From: Pyrinomonadaceae bacterium
GTDB lineage: Bacteria > Acidobacteriota > Blastocatellia > Pyrinomonadales > Pyrinomonadaceae
Assembly (NCBI GenBank): GCA_041394845.1
Contig: JAWKHL010000001.1
Location: 464,116-488,115, forward strand
DNA: 24,000 nucleotides
Reading direction: 5' to 3'
Shown piece after piece: positions 12,666 to 22,348 of the stretch. Numbering within the stretch: the stretch's first letter is position 1; the number at the start of each line of letters is the position of its first letter. Position numbers and translations under genes: made by a program. The notes under the pieces were generated by a model. It worked only from the letters and a program-made list of their open reading frames with translations, did no database searches and was not told where the DNA came from.

Positions 12666-14123
12666 ATGCTTCAGCAGGCTTGGTTTATCACGTTTTGTTT
12701 GCTTTTAATGACCTCGGCCGTTTTGCCTCAAACCCGGAATTGTTTTAAAGGAGAAACTTTGACCGGACGCGGAGCGCCGGGCGAGGAGATAACCGAGGCG
12801 GAGAACAAACTCTGTGCGGAAATAAAAAAAAACCGGGATCTGAAAGCGATTTACGGTTTTGTCCTGACTCCGAAATTCGGCCGCCTGGTGCGGGTCTATC
12901 GGGACAGAGCGGTTTTTACTTTTTATAATAATATCGCCCGTTATCAGGAACTGGAATTGAAAACTGAGGAATTTGAAAATTTTCAAATTCAACTGGCTAA
13001 GATAAATCCTTCGACCCAACCGCCGATTCGGGAGCCCTGTACCGATATGTGTTCGGGGTACGAATTTATCAGCCTGACGCGCAAAGGGGGACGCCGGGTG
13101 CCGATCTTTGCGTCCTATCAGTTTCCGCCCGAACCGATGCGATGTTTGCAGAATTTGTTGAAAAGCTGGGAGAGTTCGGAATCTATCAAAACTCATTATT
13201 ATTTGCAGGCAAAATTTCCGGAGGCCAAAGTCGTTTTGACCAATGAAAATTATTCGGTCCGGGCAGTTTGGAAAAGCGGCGATGACCTGCGCGTTCTGGT
13301 GGTTGACAAAACCAAGCCATTTAAATCCACTTTTTCCTGGCGCCGATTCTCCGGCGGGGAACCTGTGGATCAGGCGGAACAGCCCCGGGAACTCGAGCTT
13401 TTGGGAAAAAACGGGAGTACCGGCTGTGGATCTTCGATGGTCGCGAACCGCCATCCTTCTCAAAGAATGTTGGGCGAATACGAATTATGCGTAGGCACCG
13501 GCACCAAAGCGGGGCTGTGGAAGGTGGGGAGCGGAGAGGAGAAAAAGATTTCCGATGGCGAATACGACTCTCCGCTGGTTACGCCCGACGGGAAATGGAT
13601 CATCGCCGCCAAAGGCGATAAAGACAAACCGATCTGGAAATCAATAGTTCGGATCGATGCCGAAACCAACCGGGAATACAGGGTGGATCTTCCGGTCGCC
13701 GATTGTTTTTACCCGTCGGCTTCGGTCCCGGTTCGAAATAAAATTCTGCTCGTTCGCTGCAAACAGGAGCACACGCCGAAAGAAAATAATCCGAGTCCCG
13801 ATCCGCCCGAATTCTATCTGTTCGATCCGCAAACCGGCGAGGTGCAGCAGACAAAAGACGAGATTCGGCCCCTGATGCATCAGAGTTTTCGTTTTCTTCA
13901 ACCGACTCAGAAAACCGGTGAGTTTTGGGCGGCGATCCCCGATCCGAAAACGGAGACGACCCGGATCGGCCGTTACGATGTGCGAAATCTTGAATTCACT
14001 CCGGTTCTGGCTCTTCCCTCGATAATCTTTTACAGCTACGATCTGTGGATGGATGAGGAGGGAGAAACGGCCTATATCGTTTACGATTTTCAGTTGCTCA
14101 GCGTGCCTCTGTCAGAAGATTAA
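12666..14123 (+). CDS. Secreted protein of unknown function; stand-alone copy of the C-terminal module shared with the two downstream giant paralogs
   Basis: 485-aa ORF with an AGAGGA SD and an N-terminal signal-like segment (WFITFCLLLMTSAVLPQ). Shares with 14681-18271 and 18345-21902 the motifs RVYRDRAVFTFY, CTDMC...KGGRR, AVWKSGDDLRVLVVD, SPLVTPDGKWIIAAK, PEFYLFDPQTGE, IRPLMHQSFRFLQPT, EFWAAI, IGRYDV, DLWMDEE and LLSVPL. Confidence 0.8.
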   Translation: MLQQAWFITFCLLLMTSAVLPQTRNCFKGETLTGRGAPGEEITEAENKLCAEIKKNRDLKAIYGFVLTPKFGRLVRVYRDRAVFTFYNNIARYQELELKTEEFENFQIQLAKINPSTQPPIREPCTDMCSGYEFISLTRKGGRRVPIFASYQFPPEPMRCLQNLLKSWESSESIKTHYYLQAKFPEAKVVLTNENYSVRAVWKSGDDLRVLVVDKTKPFKSTFSWRRFSGGEPVDQAEQPRELELLGKNGSTGCGSSMVANRHPSQRMLGEYELCVGTGTKAGLWKVGSGEEKKISDGEYDSPLVTPDGKWIIAAKGDKDKPIWKSIVRIDAETNREYRVDLPVADCFYPSASVPVRNKILLVRCKQEHTPKENNPSPDPPEFYLFDPQTGEVQQTKDEIRPLMHQSFRFLQPTQKTGEFWAAIPDPKTETTRIGRYDVRNLEFTPVLALPSIIFYSYDLWMDEEGETAYIVYDFQLLSVPLSED

Positions 14124-14680
14124 AAACGATCGAAATTTTTTGAAGGGCGGGAACAAATCCGAACTTTCCGGGTCTAATGCGCAGAGTCAAAGCAAAAAAA
14201 TGACCGCTCGCTTTGCACCTTGATCGCAAAAGGAAAGAGATAAAGTTTACGGCTTTCTGAAAATATTCAAAAAAGTCTTATCGGTATGATAAATTTGTGG
14301 CCAAAATTTGCCGAAAGCTTTTGGGTCAGGTATATGTTCCACGATAAACACGCTCTGTTGAGCTTTAATTATTGGCCTTCTCTTTTTTCTAAATTCGTTC
14401 TCCCGTTTTCGGGGTGTTCGAGATCAAAGGACTAAGCGGGTCGAGAAGAAGATATTTAAATCGCCTCAAAGCAACCGTTCGTTTCCGGTCGGGCAACTAA
14501 CGGGTTACAGATTTTTGTAGAAAATTTGCAAATCCGGAATCCGGGAATGCCGGATGAAAGTCCAATCGTTTTTATTGTCCCGGGGGTATCGGGCGGGGAA
14601 ACGAGGATCGAAAAAAAATCTCAAGCGGGTCAAAATTTCATTTCCAACAATTAAAACTTTAAACGGAGCTCTCAAAAAAA

Positions 14681-17600
14681 ATGCGCCATTTCATCTTCTC
14701 AGCCGTTTTGATCCTTATCTTTTTGCCTCTTTTGGCCGCGGCTCAGACTCCGGGCAATGCCAAACTGCTCGAAGAACTGCTCGATTTTCCGGCCCCGCCC
14801 CGCGTTGTCAAAGACGCCAAAGAAACGGGAGAAAAAAAACGTCCGGCCGAGTTTTTCGATTCGCGAAACGTGCCCGCCGATAATGCCCCGATCGGGGATC
14901 TTCTGGATTACTGGAAGTATCAGAGTTCGAATTACAACGATTTCCGTTACAACGTCAAACCCTCGAAAGAAAGTCTGAAAGCGATCCTCGAAGCGCTCGA
15001 AGAAAATCCGGCCCAATTGTCTGATTTTCTGTCGATCCTGCCGACCGACCCGGAGGTGGCCGAGGTCGTCAAGAGGATTTACGAAAGAGAACTCCAGTCG
15101 GATGATCTGAATTCATCCCTGCTTCAGAACGTCCGCAACTGGCTCAAATATCACAGCGATACGTTCATAACGGAACTTCAGCAGGGGGCGCGGACGGTGA
15201 ACGCTTCCGGAAACGGAGAAGACGGGGCGGGGATCGAGAATCAGAACGAACTGATCTCTCTGGCCGAAGTCGATTGGGATCTGGCCATGCCGATCGTCGA
15301 ACAACTGGAAACAAAAGATTCGGCCTCGCCGCTTTTCACTCTGGCCCAATACGTTCGTTATCATCACGCCCTCGCAGCGGAAAACAAATCGGAGACGAAA
15401 AAATTCCGATCGATCCTCCAGAAAATAGTCGAGAACAAAAAAGCCCCGTACAAATCGCGGGATCTGGCCATGGACGCGCTCGTTTTGGGCGGAGATTACG
15501 AGGGACGGACCGAATGGTATCTCTCTCTTTTGGCCGACGAGACATTGCTCGAACTTCAGGAGAACGGTTTTACCGGATTGACGACATTGCCCCGCCATTC
15601 GCCGAGGTCGCGCGAAGACTGGATCCCGCAGATGGTCAAACTGCTCGGGAGCGATAACCCGAGTGTTCGTTCGGCCGCCGTCCGCAATCTGATCAAGATC
15701 GCCGACATCAATAACCCGGACGTCATCAAAGGGCTTCTTCCCTGGCTGGCCGATCCCGAATGGGCGAAGGAATCGGACGACGACGAGAGACTGAGCCTGA
15801 TCCGGATGCTCGGAGAAATGGATGTGCCCGAGAGCGTGCCGGGGCTTATCTCGGTGGTTCTGAAAGAAGAGGAAGATCTTCGCGCTTCGGCCGCCAAGGC
15901 GCTCGGGCGGTACCGCGCTCCGGAAGCGGCCTCCGCCCTCAGACACGCTCTGCAGAACGAGACCGACAGCGATTACCGCAAGGAGATCATCTCGGGGCTG
16001 ATCGCCTGCGGCGGTCTGACCGCCTTTGAACAGATGACCGGGCTTGAGGCCTACGCCGCACAGATTTCCACCGAAGAGGGAGAGGAGGCTTATGAAAATT
16101 ACACCTACGGGTATGATGAGGACGACACGCCGCCTATGCCGGTCGAGGTGTCGATCGGGGAGTTTTTGAGCGAGATCGAAGATCCTTCCGGCGAACTGGC
16201 CTATCAGGTGATCAAACGGGTCGGGGTTCTGCGGCGGGAAAATCCCCCGGTGGCCGCCATTCTGCTGGGTTTTATGCAGAAATGGGATCACCGTTTGATC
16301 GATCTGGAGATGTTCAACTGGCTGGAGAACGGAAAAGCGGACGCCGATACCGTTCTGCGGATTCTGGCCAAACGGGAGAACATCCGCCGCAACATTCCCA
16401 ACGAGTTGGCCGGTTCGGGAGGAAAAAACGCCCTGACGCGGGGGATCGCGGCGACGGTTGCGGGCGATCCGGTTCGGATGTCGGGAATATTATCGGAAGG
16501 CGAAACCGAAGAGCGGATCGCTCTTTTGACCGCCGCCCGTCTGACCCGAACGATTTTGCCGGTTCCCGAGGTCGGCGCGCTTTTGAGCAGTCCCGATCCG
16601 CTTCTTTCACGGGCCGCCCGCCGTTACCTTGAGACCGAGGACAGCGCCGCCGCCCGGAGTCTGATCTTGGCCAAATATCCGGATGAAATCCCGATCCTCG
16701 GTTCGCGCCGGGCGTTCATTCCGGATCTCAAACGGGATTACTCCGAAAACGATGCGCTCGACGAACTTTTCGAGAGCGTCACCGGCAATTATTTCTATTC
16801 GGGAAACTACACTCGCCTGATCGAAATGGAGGATCGGTTCCGCGATGAGATCCGGAAGGACTCCGAACTTCAGGCGGTTTTCGCGTTTGTGGGCGAGAAA
16901 GAAGGCGGGGAACAGGTGATCCGCGTCTTTCCCGACCGGATCACTTATTCGATCTACCCGGATCAGGCGCATTTCAGGGAAAAAAACATCTCGAGCGAAG
17001 ATTACGAGACCTTTTTCAATCATCTGGTCGGGGCCGGAATAGACAATCTCGGGCCGATGGCGGTCGGAACCTGCGAGTACGGTTGTTCGGGCGAGGAATT
17101 TATAATGATCGGTCGCGGAGGCGGTCGGCGGATCTATTTTCGGGGCCTTTCAACGCCGAAAGAACTGACCGGACTGAAGCGGATCTTCGAAGATCTGGGC
17201 CGCGAAAACATGAGTCTTCGTTATCGTCTGGAAGACCGGATAAAAGGGCTTGAAATTCTTCTGGCCGAACCCGGACTGGTGGCTCACGCCGTCTGGAAGG
17301 ACGGGGACGACCTGCGAGTTCTGGTCGAAGATCTGACAAAAAAGGGCGATGTTTTCACCAGACTTTTCAAGCAGGAGGCCAGAGAATCGCTCGACGGTCC
17401 CATCGATTATCAACGGCGCAACGAACTCCAACAAAAAAGGCGGGAGCGTCTGGTCTCGGACTTTTTTGCCTGGCGAGGTTTCTACGACGGCAAACTGACC
17501 GGAGAGACCGTCGCCCAGCCCGAAGGGATCGCCTATCTGAGCGATTTTCCTTACGAGGAGTTCTTGAGTTTTTCGAATCCGCGGACCTTTCAAAAACAGT

Positions 17601-18271
17601 TCGGCGGTTTTGAATTTCGCGCCGGAGCCAGAAATAACAATAATCTGATAAAAACGGACCGGAACGGGGCGACCTCCGTCATCAAAGAGGGAATTTACAG
17701 TTCGCCGCTGGTAACGCCCGACGGCCGATGGGTGCTGGCGAGCAAAAGAATTACCTGGGGGAAAAACCCTTTTATCGTCCGGGTCAACCCCCGGACCGGT
17801 CGCGAGTTGCCGGTCGAACTGGAACCGGCCGACTATTTGTCTCCGATCTGTTTTATCCCTTCGCACAACCGGGTTTTGGTGGTCGCTTATAAAAAAGCCG
17901 AAGCGGGAAGTTCGAACTTTTGGGATGAAAAGGCGATGCGATATTATCTGCTCGATGCTTCGACCGGGGCGATTCAAAAGGTCAAAGGCGAATTCCGTCC
18001 CCTGATGCAACAATCCTATCGCGGCCTGCAACCGACGGGGCGGCCCGAGGAATTCTGGGCGGCCATCTACGATCGGGAAAAGGATTCGACCTCGGTCGGA
18101 CGTTACAACGCCGGATCGTTCACCTTTGAAACGGTCCTTACAATTCCCGGGATCGAACTCGACAGCATGAACATCTGGGTCGATGAAACGGAAGGCAAGA
18201 TCTATTTCGTGTACCGCAGCGAAACGGCCGGAACCGGACATCTGTTGAGGTTGCCGCTTCCGGGGAAATGA
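14681..18271 (+). CDS. Large secreted protein of unknown function: signal peptide + HEAT/ARM-like repeat region + conserved C-terminal module (approx. 16838-18271)
   Basis: 1196-aa ORF with a GGAG SD. Signal peptide MRHFIFSAVLILIFLPLLAAA|QT. HEAT-like stretches (NPSVRSAAVRNLIKI; DLRASAAKALGRYRAPEAASALRHAL). The C-terminal module is collinear with the 485-aa paralog (CEYGC...GGGRR, AVWKDGDDLRVLVED, SPLVTPDGRWVLASK, FRPLMQQSYRGLQPT, EFWAAIYD, VGRYN, NIWVDETEG). Confidence 0.85.
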   Translation: MRHFIFSAVLILIFLPLLAAAQTPGNAKLLEELLDFPAPPRVVKDAKETGEKKRPAEFFDSRNVPADNAPIGDLLDYWKYQSSNYNDFRYNVKPSKESLKAILEALEENPAQLSDFLSILPTDPEVAEVVKRIYERELQSDDLNSSLLQNVRNWLKYHSDTFITELQQGARTVNASGNGEDGAGIENQNELISLAEVDWDLAMPIVEQLETKDSASPLFTLAQYVRYHHALAAENKSETKKFRSILQKIVENKKAPYKSRDLAMDALVLGGDYEGRTEWYLSLLADETLLELQENGFTGLTTLPRHSPRSREDWIPQMVKLLGSDNPSVRSAAVRNLIKIADINNPDVIKGLLPWLADPEWAKESDDDERLSLIRMLGEMDVPESVPGLISVVLKEEEDLRASAAKALGRYRAPEAASALRHALQNETDSDYRKEIISGLIACGGLTAFEQMTGLEAYAAQISTEEGEEAYENYTYGYDEDDTPPMPVEVSIGEFLSEIEDPSGELAYQVIKRVGVLRRENPPVAAILLGFMQKWDHRLIDLEMFNWLENGKADADTVLRILAKRENIRRNIPNELAGSGGKNALTRGIAATVAGDPVRMSGILSEGETEERIALLTAARLTRTILPVPEVGALLSSPDPLLSRAARRYLETEDSAAARSLILAKYPDEIPILGSRRAFIPDLKRDYSENDALDELFESVTGNYFYSGNYTRLIEMEDRFRDEIRKDSELQAVFAFVGEKEGGEQVIRVFPDRITYSIYPDQAHFREKNISSEDYETFFNHLVGAGIDNLGPMAVGTCEYGCSGEEFIMIGRGGGRRIYFRGLSTPKELTGLKRIFEDLGRENMSLRYRLEDRIKGLEILLAEPGLVAHAVWKDGDDLRVLVEDLTKKGDVFTRLFKQEARESLDGPIDYQRRNELQQKRRERLVSDFFAWRGFYDGKLTGETVAQPEGIAYLSDFPYEEFLSFSNPRTFQKQFGGFEFRAGARNNNNLIKTDRNGATSVIKEGIYSSPLVTPDGRWVLASKRITWGKNPFIVRVNPRTGRELPVELEPADYLSPICFIPSHNRVLVVAYKKAEAGSSNFWDEKAMRYYLLDASTGAIQKVKGEFRPLMQQSYRGLQPTGRPEEFWAAIYDREKDSTSVGRYNAGSFTFETVLTIPGIELDSMNIWVDETEGKIYFVYRSETAGTGHLLRLPLPGK

Positions 18272-18306
18272 TTCGATTTTGGATTTTGGATTTTGGATTT
18301 CGGATT
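18272..18306 (+). repeat. Single-arm tandem GGATTTT array starting 1 nt after the stop codon of the 1196-aa gene
   Basis: TTCGATTTTGGATTTTGGATTTTGGATTTCGGATT. No inverted partner. Lies 39 nt upstream of the next ATG (18345). Confidence 0.8.
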
Positions 18307-18344
18307 GTTTTTCTTCTGAGGGGATTTGGGGTTGAGGGATTTTT

Positions 18345-21300
18345 ATGTTTGGGAGAACTTGGCAAGTTTGGGGGGTGATTCTTTTTACGGTTTTTTGCCC
18401 GGTCGTTTTGCGGGCGCAGGGCGGGAATGAAAATTTGCTCCGCCAACTGCTCGATTTACCCGCACCGCCTCCGGTGGCGGAAAAAGAAGAGGAAAAATCC
18501 GAAAAACTTCCGCGTTACGCCATGTCTTTTGACGAAAAGGAGTTTCCGGCCGACGACGCTCCGATCGAAGACCTGCTGGCTTACTGGAGCGTTCAGGCTG
18601 AAACGACATTTCTGGGTCGGGGGACAAACGTTCCGAAACTGTCGGTCAAATCGGCCGAAAGATTGCTCGGCGAACTCGAAAACACTCCGGAGAAACTTGA
18701 CGGGTTCCTGAAACATTTGCCGACGACGCCGGAAATCGCCGGTCAGGTCAAAGAGATCTTCGACCTTTCGCAAAACGCCGGGGGAATTGATGACGATTGG
18801 CGAAAGACCGTTAAAAGCTGGCTGAAACACAACAGCCGGTTTTATCTCGACCAACTGGCGGCCGAGGCCTCTTTGGCCCGCGATCAGGAGAAATACGGAT
18901 CGGTCGATAAGGACGAGGAACTGAAAGCCTTGGCCCGGGTCGACCGGGAGGCGGCCCGGAATGTTCTGAAAAAGCTGGAAAATGATCCGGCCAATCCCCG
19001 GACTTCCGCTCTGGCGAAAACCCTGCTTTATAAAACGGCTCTTTTCGCCGGGGACGACATCGAAGCGGAAAAATACCGCGATGAACTGAAAAAAATCATC
19101 TCGGACCGGAATGCGCCGGCCTTCGCCCGCGACTCGGCTTCGGACGCTCTGTTTGAAACCGATTGGCCGGGCCGGGACGATTTTTATCTTTCCCTGATGG
19201 AAGATGAGAGTCTGTTGTTTCCGAGAGAGAAGATCACTTTGTATCGTCCGCTGACGACCCTGCCGGAAAAATATCCGGACAAATGGATCCCGATCCTGTC
19301 GAAACTGGTCGAAAGCCCCAACCGGGCGGTTCATAATGCCGCCGTTCAGAGTCTGATGAGGTTTGAAAACCGGAAAGATGCCCTCAAACCCTTGTTGCCG
19401 TGGCTGGCCGATCCGGGATGGGCCGACATTAACTGGAGTCCGGGAGGACGCATCACCTTGATGCAGGTAGTTTCGAATGTCGATCTGCCGGAAAGCGTGC
19501 CGGGGCTCATTTGGATCGTCGAAAATGAAGATCTGAACGCTCATTGGGCGGCCGGTTCGTTGGCCAAATTCAGGGACCCGCGGGCGGCGGCGGCTCTTAA
19601 AAACGCCCTCAAACGGCTCGGAGAAGAAACCTATCGAAGCGACATAGTTGAGGCTTTGATAGCCTGCGGCGGTCTGAGCGCCGACGAACAGTTGGCCGCG
19701 CTGGAATTTTACGCCGAATATATTTCAAAACCGGACAACTTTAAGAAGATCGAAAACCGCAATCCTTATGAGGATGAAGACCCGCTGCCGATCAAGGTCA
19801 GCATCGGCCGGTTTTTGTCGGTTCAGACAGAACCCGCCGAAGACCTGATCCGGCGCGCCTTCGAGCGGCAAAAGGTTTTGCGCCGGGAAAAGCCGGAGGT
19901 GGCCCGGATCCTGTCGGATTTTATGACCAGATGGGAGGGGCGTCTGGTCGATCTGGAAATGCTCCGCAAGATCTCCGGCGGCGAAGCCGATGCCGAGACG
20001 ATCCTCGGCGCTCTGGCCCGGCGTGCGGATTTAAGAAAAAACGTTCCCGCCGATCTTTTCGCCATGCGCGGCCGGATCGGTCTTCCGGCCGGAATTGCGG
20101 CCTGCGTGCTGGAAGATGAAAACGAACTTCTTTCCGCTTTTCGCCGGTCCGATGATGAAACCAGAATCTCGGTTCTGGCCTGTGCCCGGTTGATCCGTTC
20201 GCAGCTTCCGGTGCGGGAGGTCGGCGGTTTGCTGGGAAGCCGGAACAAACTGCTGGCGCTGGCCGCCGAACGCTATCTGGAATCGGAAGATGGCCCGGAA
20301 GCGCGGGGGTTGGTATTGGCCCGGCATCCGGGCGAGGCTTTGATTCTCGGAGCGCGGACATCTTTCAATCCGGCCAAAACCAAGGAGTTTTCCACTTCGC
20401 TCGGGCGGCTTTTCGCCAGCACCACCGACTGGTATATGAACGCATTGTATCCCGACTTTTCGGCATTCTCCGGGCTCGATAAGTTTGAAGACGGCCTGCG
20501 CCGGGAGGTTCTGGAAAACGACGATCTGCTGGAAGTTTACTCGATTGTGCCGACTTACGTGGTCAGAGTTTTTCGGGACCGAACCGTTTTCACCTGGTAT
20601 GAGGACGAGGCGAGGTTTCGTCAGAGGGTTTTGAAGCCGGAAGAACTGGCCGATCTGAAAAACTGGATTAGAGAAAGCGAGATTGAAGAAACGCCGCCTC
20701 TGTTCGGCGGTTGTCACTACACCTGCGGAATGCTTGAATACGTCCGGATAAACCGCAACGGCGGACGCCGGTTTTTCGCCTATACCGATGTTTCAAGCTT
20801 TGTCGGCTTACCGTTCGCCTTTCAGAAAATGCGGGAGTCGAGCGATTCAAGGCTCCGTTACTATTTGCAGGATAAAATCGAGGGATTGGAGGTTTTATGG
20901 GCGGACGAAAATCTGAAGCCGAAGGCGGTTTGGAAAGAGGGTGATGATCTGCGCGTATTGATCGCCGACCGGGAAAAGGAATCGCAGATCGATGAGGAAA
21001 TAAGCCGGCGGAACAAGATCGACGAAGAGAACGGGTTTTTGGATTACGACCAGAAAAGAAAAAGGGCGCGGGAGCGCCGGGCCGAAAGGGAATACGAGCA
21101 TTTCGGGTGGCGCTCCTTTAAGGATGGTCGTCTCGGCGACCGGGTCGAGGAACCCGTCGAAATTCCGTATCTGCGGGATAAAACGGCCTTCGCTTCGGTC
21201 GAAGATTTGAATTCCAACGACAGCATCTGGCAGGCCGGATACGAAAATTTCGAGATCCGCACCGGATTCAATTACGACACCTACGGTTTGTGGAAAGTCG

Positions 21301-21902
21301 ATCGTTCGGGTTCGTCCCGGATCGCCGCAGGCTGGTTCGGCGGAGATGTGTTTGTCAGCGGAGACTGGGCGGTGGCCGCCAAAACCGACGAAAACTGGGC
21401 CGTTCCGAACTACGTCGTCCGGGTCGATCTGAAAACGGGCAAAGAATATAAAATCGATCTGCCGCCGGCCGATAATTTTTATCCGGTCGCACTCGTTCCG
21501 GCGCATAACAAAGTTTTGCTTTACCGGGCGTCGGACGAAAGAACCCAGAAAAAAAAGAGCAACCCGAGCCCGAAAACGCCGGAATTTTATCTCCTTGACG
21601 CCGCCACCGGCAAAACCGAACTTATCGCAGGTGAGTTTCGCCCGTTGATCGATCAGACCTTCCGTTCCCTGCAACCGACCGGAAAGCCCGACGAATACTG
21701 GGCCGCCATTTACGACGAGGCGAAAAACAAAACCGAGATCGGCCGCTACAACGTCCGCCGGTTCGATTTTAAATCCGTTCTGACCGTTCCCGAGATCAAT
21801 TTGGGCAGCATGGACATCTGGGTCGATGAAAAAGAGGGGAGGATCTATATCGTCTATCAAGGGCAACTGCTGTCCGTTCCCCTGACGAAAGCGGAGGAAT
21901 GA
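18345..21902 (+). CDS. Large secreted protein of unknown function, full-length paralog of 14681-18271 (C-terminal module approx. 20496-21902)
   Basis: 1185-aa ORF with a GAGGG SD. Signal peptide ...VILFTVFCPVVLRA|QG. Collinear with the 1196-aa protein along its whole length: LLRQLLDLPAPP, ADDAPIEDLLAYW, WLKHNS, LLPWLADPGWA, PESVPGLI, LIACGGLS, RLVDLEM, RVFRDRTVFTWY, CHYTC...NGGRR, AVWKEGDDLRVLIAD, PEFYLLDAATG, FRPLIDQTFRSLQPT, EYWAAIYD, IGRYNV, DIWVDEKEG, LLSVPL. Confidence 0.85.
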   Translation: MFGRTWQVWGVILFTVFCPVVLRAQGGNENLLRQLLDLPAPPPVAEKEEEKSEKLPRYAMSFDEKEFPADDAPIEDLLAYWSVQAETTFLGRGTNVPKLSVKSAERLLGELENTPEKLDGFLKHLPTTPEIAGQVKEIFDLSQNAGGIDDDWRKTVKSWLKHNSRFYLDQLAAEASLARDQEKYGSVDKDEELKALARVDREAARNVLKKLENDPANPRTSALAKTLLYKTALFAGDDIEAEKYRDELKKIISDRNAPAFARDSASDALFETDWPGRDDFYLSLMEDESLLFPREKITLYRPLTTLPEKYPDKWIPILSKLVESPNRAVHNAAVQSLMRFENRKDALKPLLPWLADPGWADINWSPGGRITLMQVVSNVDLPESVPGLIWIVENEDLNAHWAAGSLAKFRDPRAAAALKNALKRLGEETYRSDIVEALIACGGLSADEQLAALEFYAEYISKPDNFKKIENRNPYEDEDPLPIKVSIGRFLSVQTEPAEDLIRRAFERQKVLRREKPEVARILSDFMTRWEGRLVDLEMLRKISGGEADAETILGALARRADLRKNVPADLFAMRGRIGLPAGIAACVLEDENELLSAFRRSDDETRISVLACARLIRSQLPVREVGGLLGSRNKLLALAAERYLESEDGPEARGLVLARHPGEALILGARTSFNPAKTKEFSTSLGRLFASTTDWYMNALYPDFSAFSGLDKFEDGLRREVLENDDLLEVYSIVPTYVVRVFRDRTVFTWYEDEARFRQRVLKPEELADLKNWIRESEIEETPPLFGGCHYTCGMLEYVRINRNGGRRFFAYTDVSSFVGLPFAFQKMRESSDSRLRYYLQDKIEGLEVLWADENLKPKAVWKEGDDLRVLIADREKESQIDEEISRRNKIDEENGFLDYDQKRKRARERRAEREYEHFGWRSFKDGRLGDRVEEPVEIPYLRDKTAFASVEDLNSNDSIWQAGYENFEIRTGFNYDTYGLWKVDRSGSSRIAAGWFGGDVFVSGDWAVAAKTDENWAVPNYVVRVDLKTGKEYKIDLPPADNFYPVALVPAHNKVLLYRASDERTQKKKSNPSPKTPEFYLLDAATGKTELIAGEFRPLIDQTFRSLQPTGKPDEYWAAIYDEAKNKTEIGRYNVRRFDFKSVLTVPEINLGSMDIWVDEKEGRIYIVYQGQLLSVPLTKAEE

Positions 21903-21903
21903 T

Positions 21904-22009
21904 GGTTTTGAATTTCGAGGTTTGAAGTTTGAATTGACGGGGAGACACTCGCTTTCCGCCGCCGCTTTTAACAATTCAAACTTCAAAATTCAAACCTCAA
22001 AATTAAACC
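21904..22009. repeat. Imperfect inverted repeat built from GTTTGAA(T/G)T-type units; arms 21904-21936 and 21972-22009, 35-nt spacer
   Basis: GGTTTTGAATTTCGAGGTTTGAAGTTTGAATTG versus CAATTCAAACTTCAAAATTCAAACCTCAAAATTAAACC. The inner 14 nt are perfectly complementary and the outer parts pair with register slippage. Starts 2 nt after the stop of the 1185-aa gene. Confidence 0.7.
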
Positions 22010-22019
22010 TTCCCGAAGC

Positions 22020-22048
22020 TTGCCTTTGCGCCGAAAAAAGTGTTTAAT
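22020..22048 (+). promoter_or_regulatory. Sigma-70-like promoter TTGCCT-N17-TTTAAT upstream of rpsU
   Basis: TTGCCT (22020-22025), 17-nt spacer, TTTAAT (22043-22048). About 50 nt upstream of the rpsU ATG. Confidence 0.4.
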
Positions 22049-22100
22049 AATGGTTTGCTCGAAACGAGCGGATCTTATGAGCCGAAGGGGGTGATAGCGA

Positions 22101-22322
22101 ATGGCTTTTATAACTGTTAATAACAACGAATCGATCGAAAACGCGTTGCGGCGTTTTAAACGGAAGGTGATGACCGAAGAGATCATCAAGGATTATAAAA
22201 AGCATCAGCATTTTATTCCGCCCGGCCAGAAGGCCAAGCTCAAATCGGCCAACGCCCGGAAACGCAACCGGAAACGTTTTCGTCGTCCGTTTCGTCCGAT
22301 GAACACGGGCGGCGGTCGATAG
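22101..22322 (+). CDS. rpsU: 30S ribosomal protein S21
   Basis: 73-aa basic ORF with a GAAGGGGG SD. MAFITVNNNESIENALRRFKRKV...KKHQHFIPPGQKAKLKSANARKR matches the S21 signature (ALRRFKR; EKPS/G-like segment; K/R-rich tail). Confidence 0.9.
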   Translation: MAFITVNNNESIENALRRFKRKVMTEEIIKDYKKHQHFIPPGQKAKLKSANARKRNRKRFRRPFRPMNTGGGR

Positions 22323-22348
22323 TTTTGATAAAAATTTGACTTGCAAAT

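Noticed and set aside
6769-13463. Antisense ORFs 6769-7527(+), 8574-9305(+), 10866-11390(-), 11505-12314(-), 12705-13463(-); also 22657-23136(-) and 23277-23948(-) further right
   Set aside because: Each lies wholly inside a gene with clear family motifs on the other strand, and each has a biased, low-complexity translation.
14298-14311. Sigma-54-like TGGCCaaaatTTGC upstream of the 1196-aa gene
   Set aside because: The GG-to-GC spacing is 9 nt instead of the required 10, and the -24 element is imperfect.
14286-14435. 49-codon plus-strand ORF (MINLWPKFAESFWVRYMFHDKHALLSFNYWPSLFSKFVLPFSGCSRSKD) in the 557-bp gap between the first two paralogs
   Set aside because: It has no SD and no recognisable family, and it could arise by chance in AT-rich DNA. 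It is worth a look only if ribosome profiling or conservation supports it.
15113-21986. Long minus-strand ORFs (392, 363, 362, 228, 363 aa and others) opposite the two giant plus-strand genes
   Set aside because: They are shadow ORFs of GC-rich coding DNA. The translations are Arg/Pro/Gly/Phe-rich without domain signatures, whereas the plus-strand frames are uninterrupted for ~1190 codons and mutually homologous.
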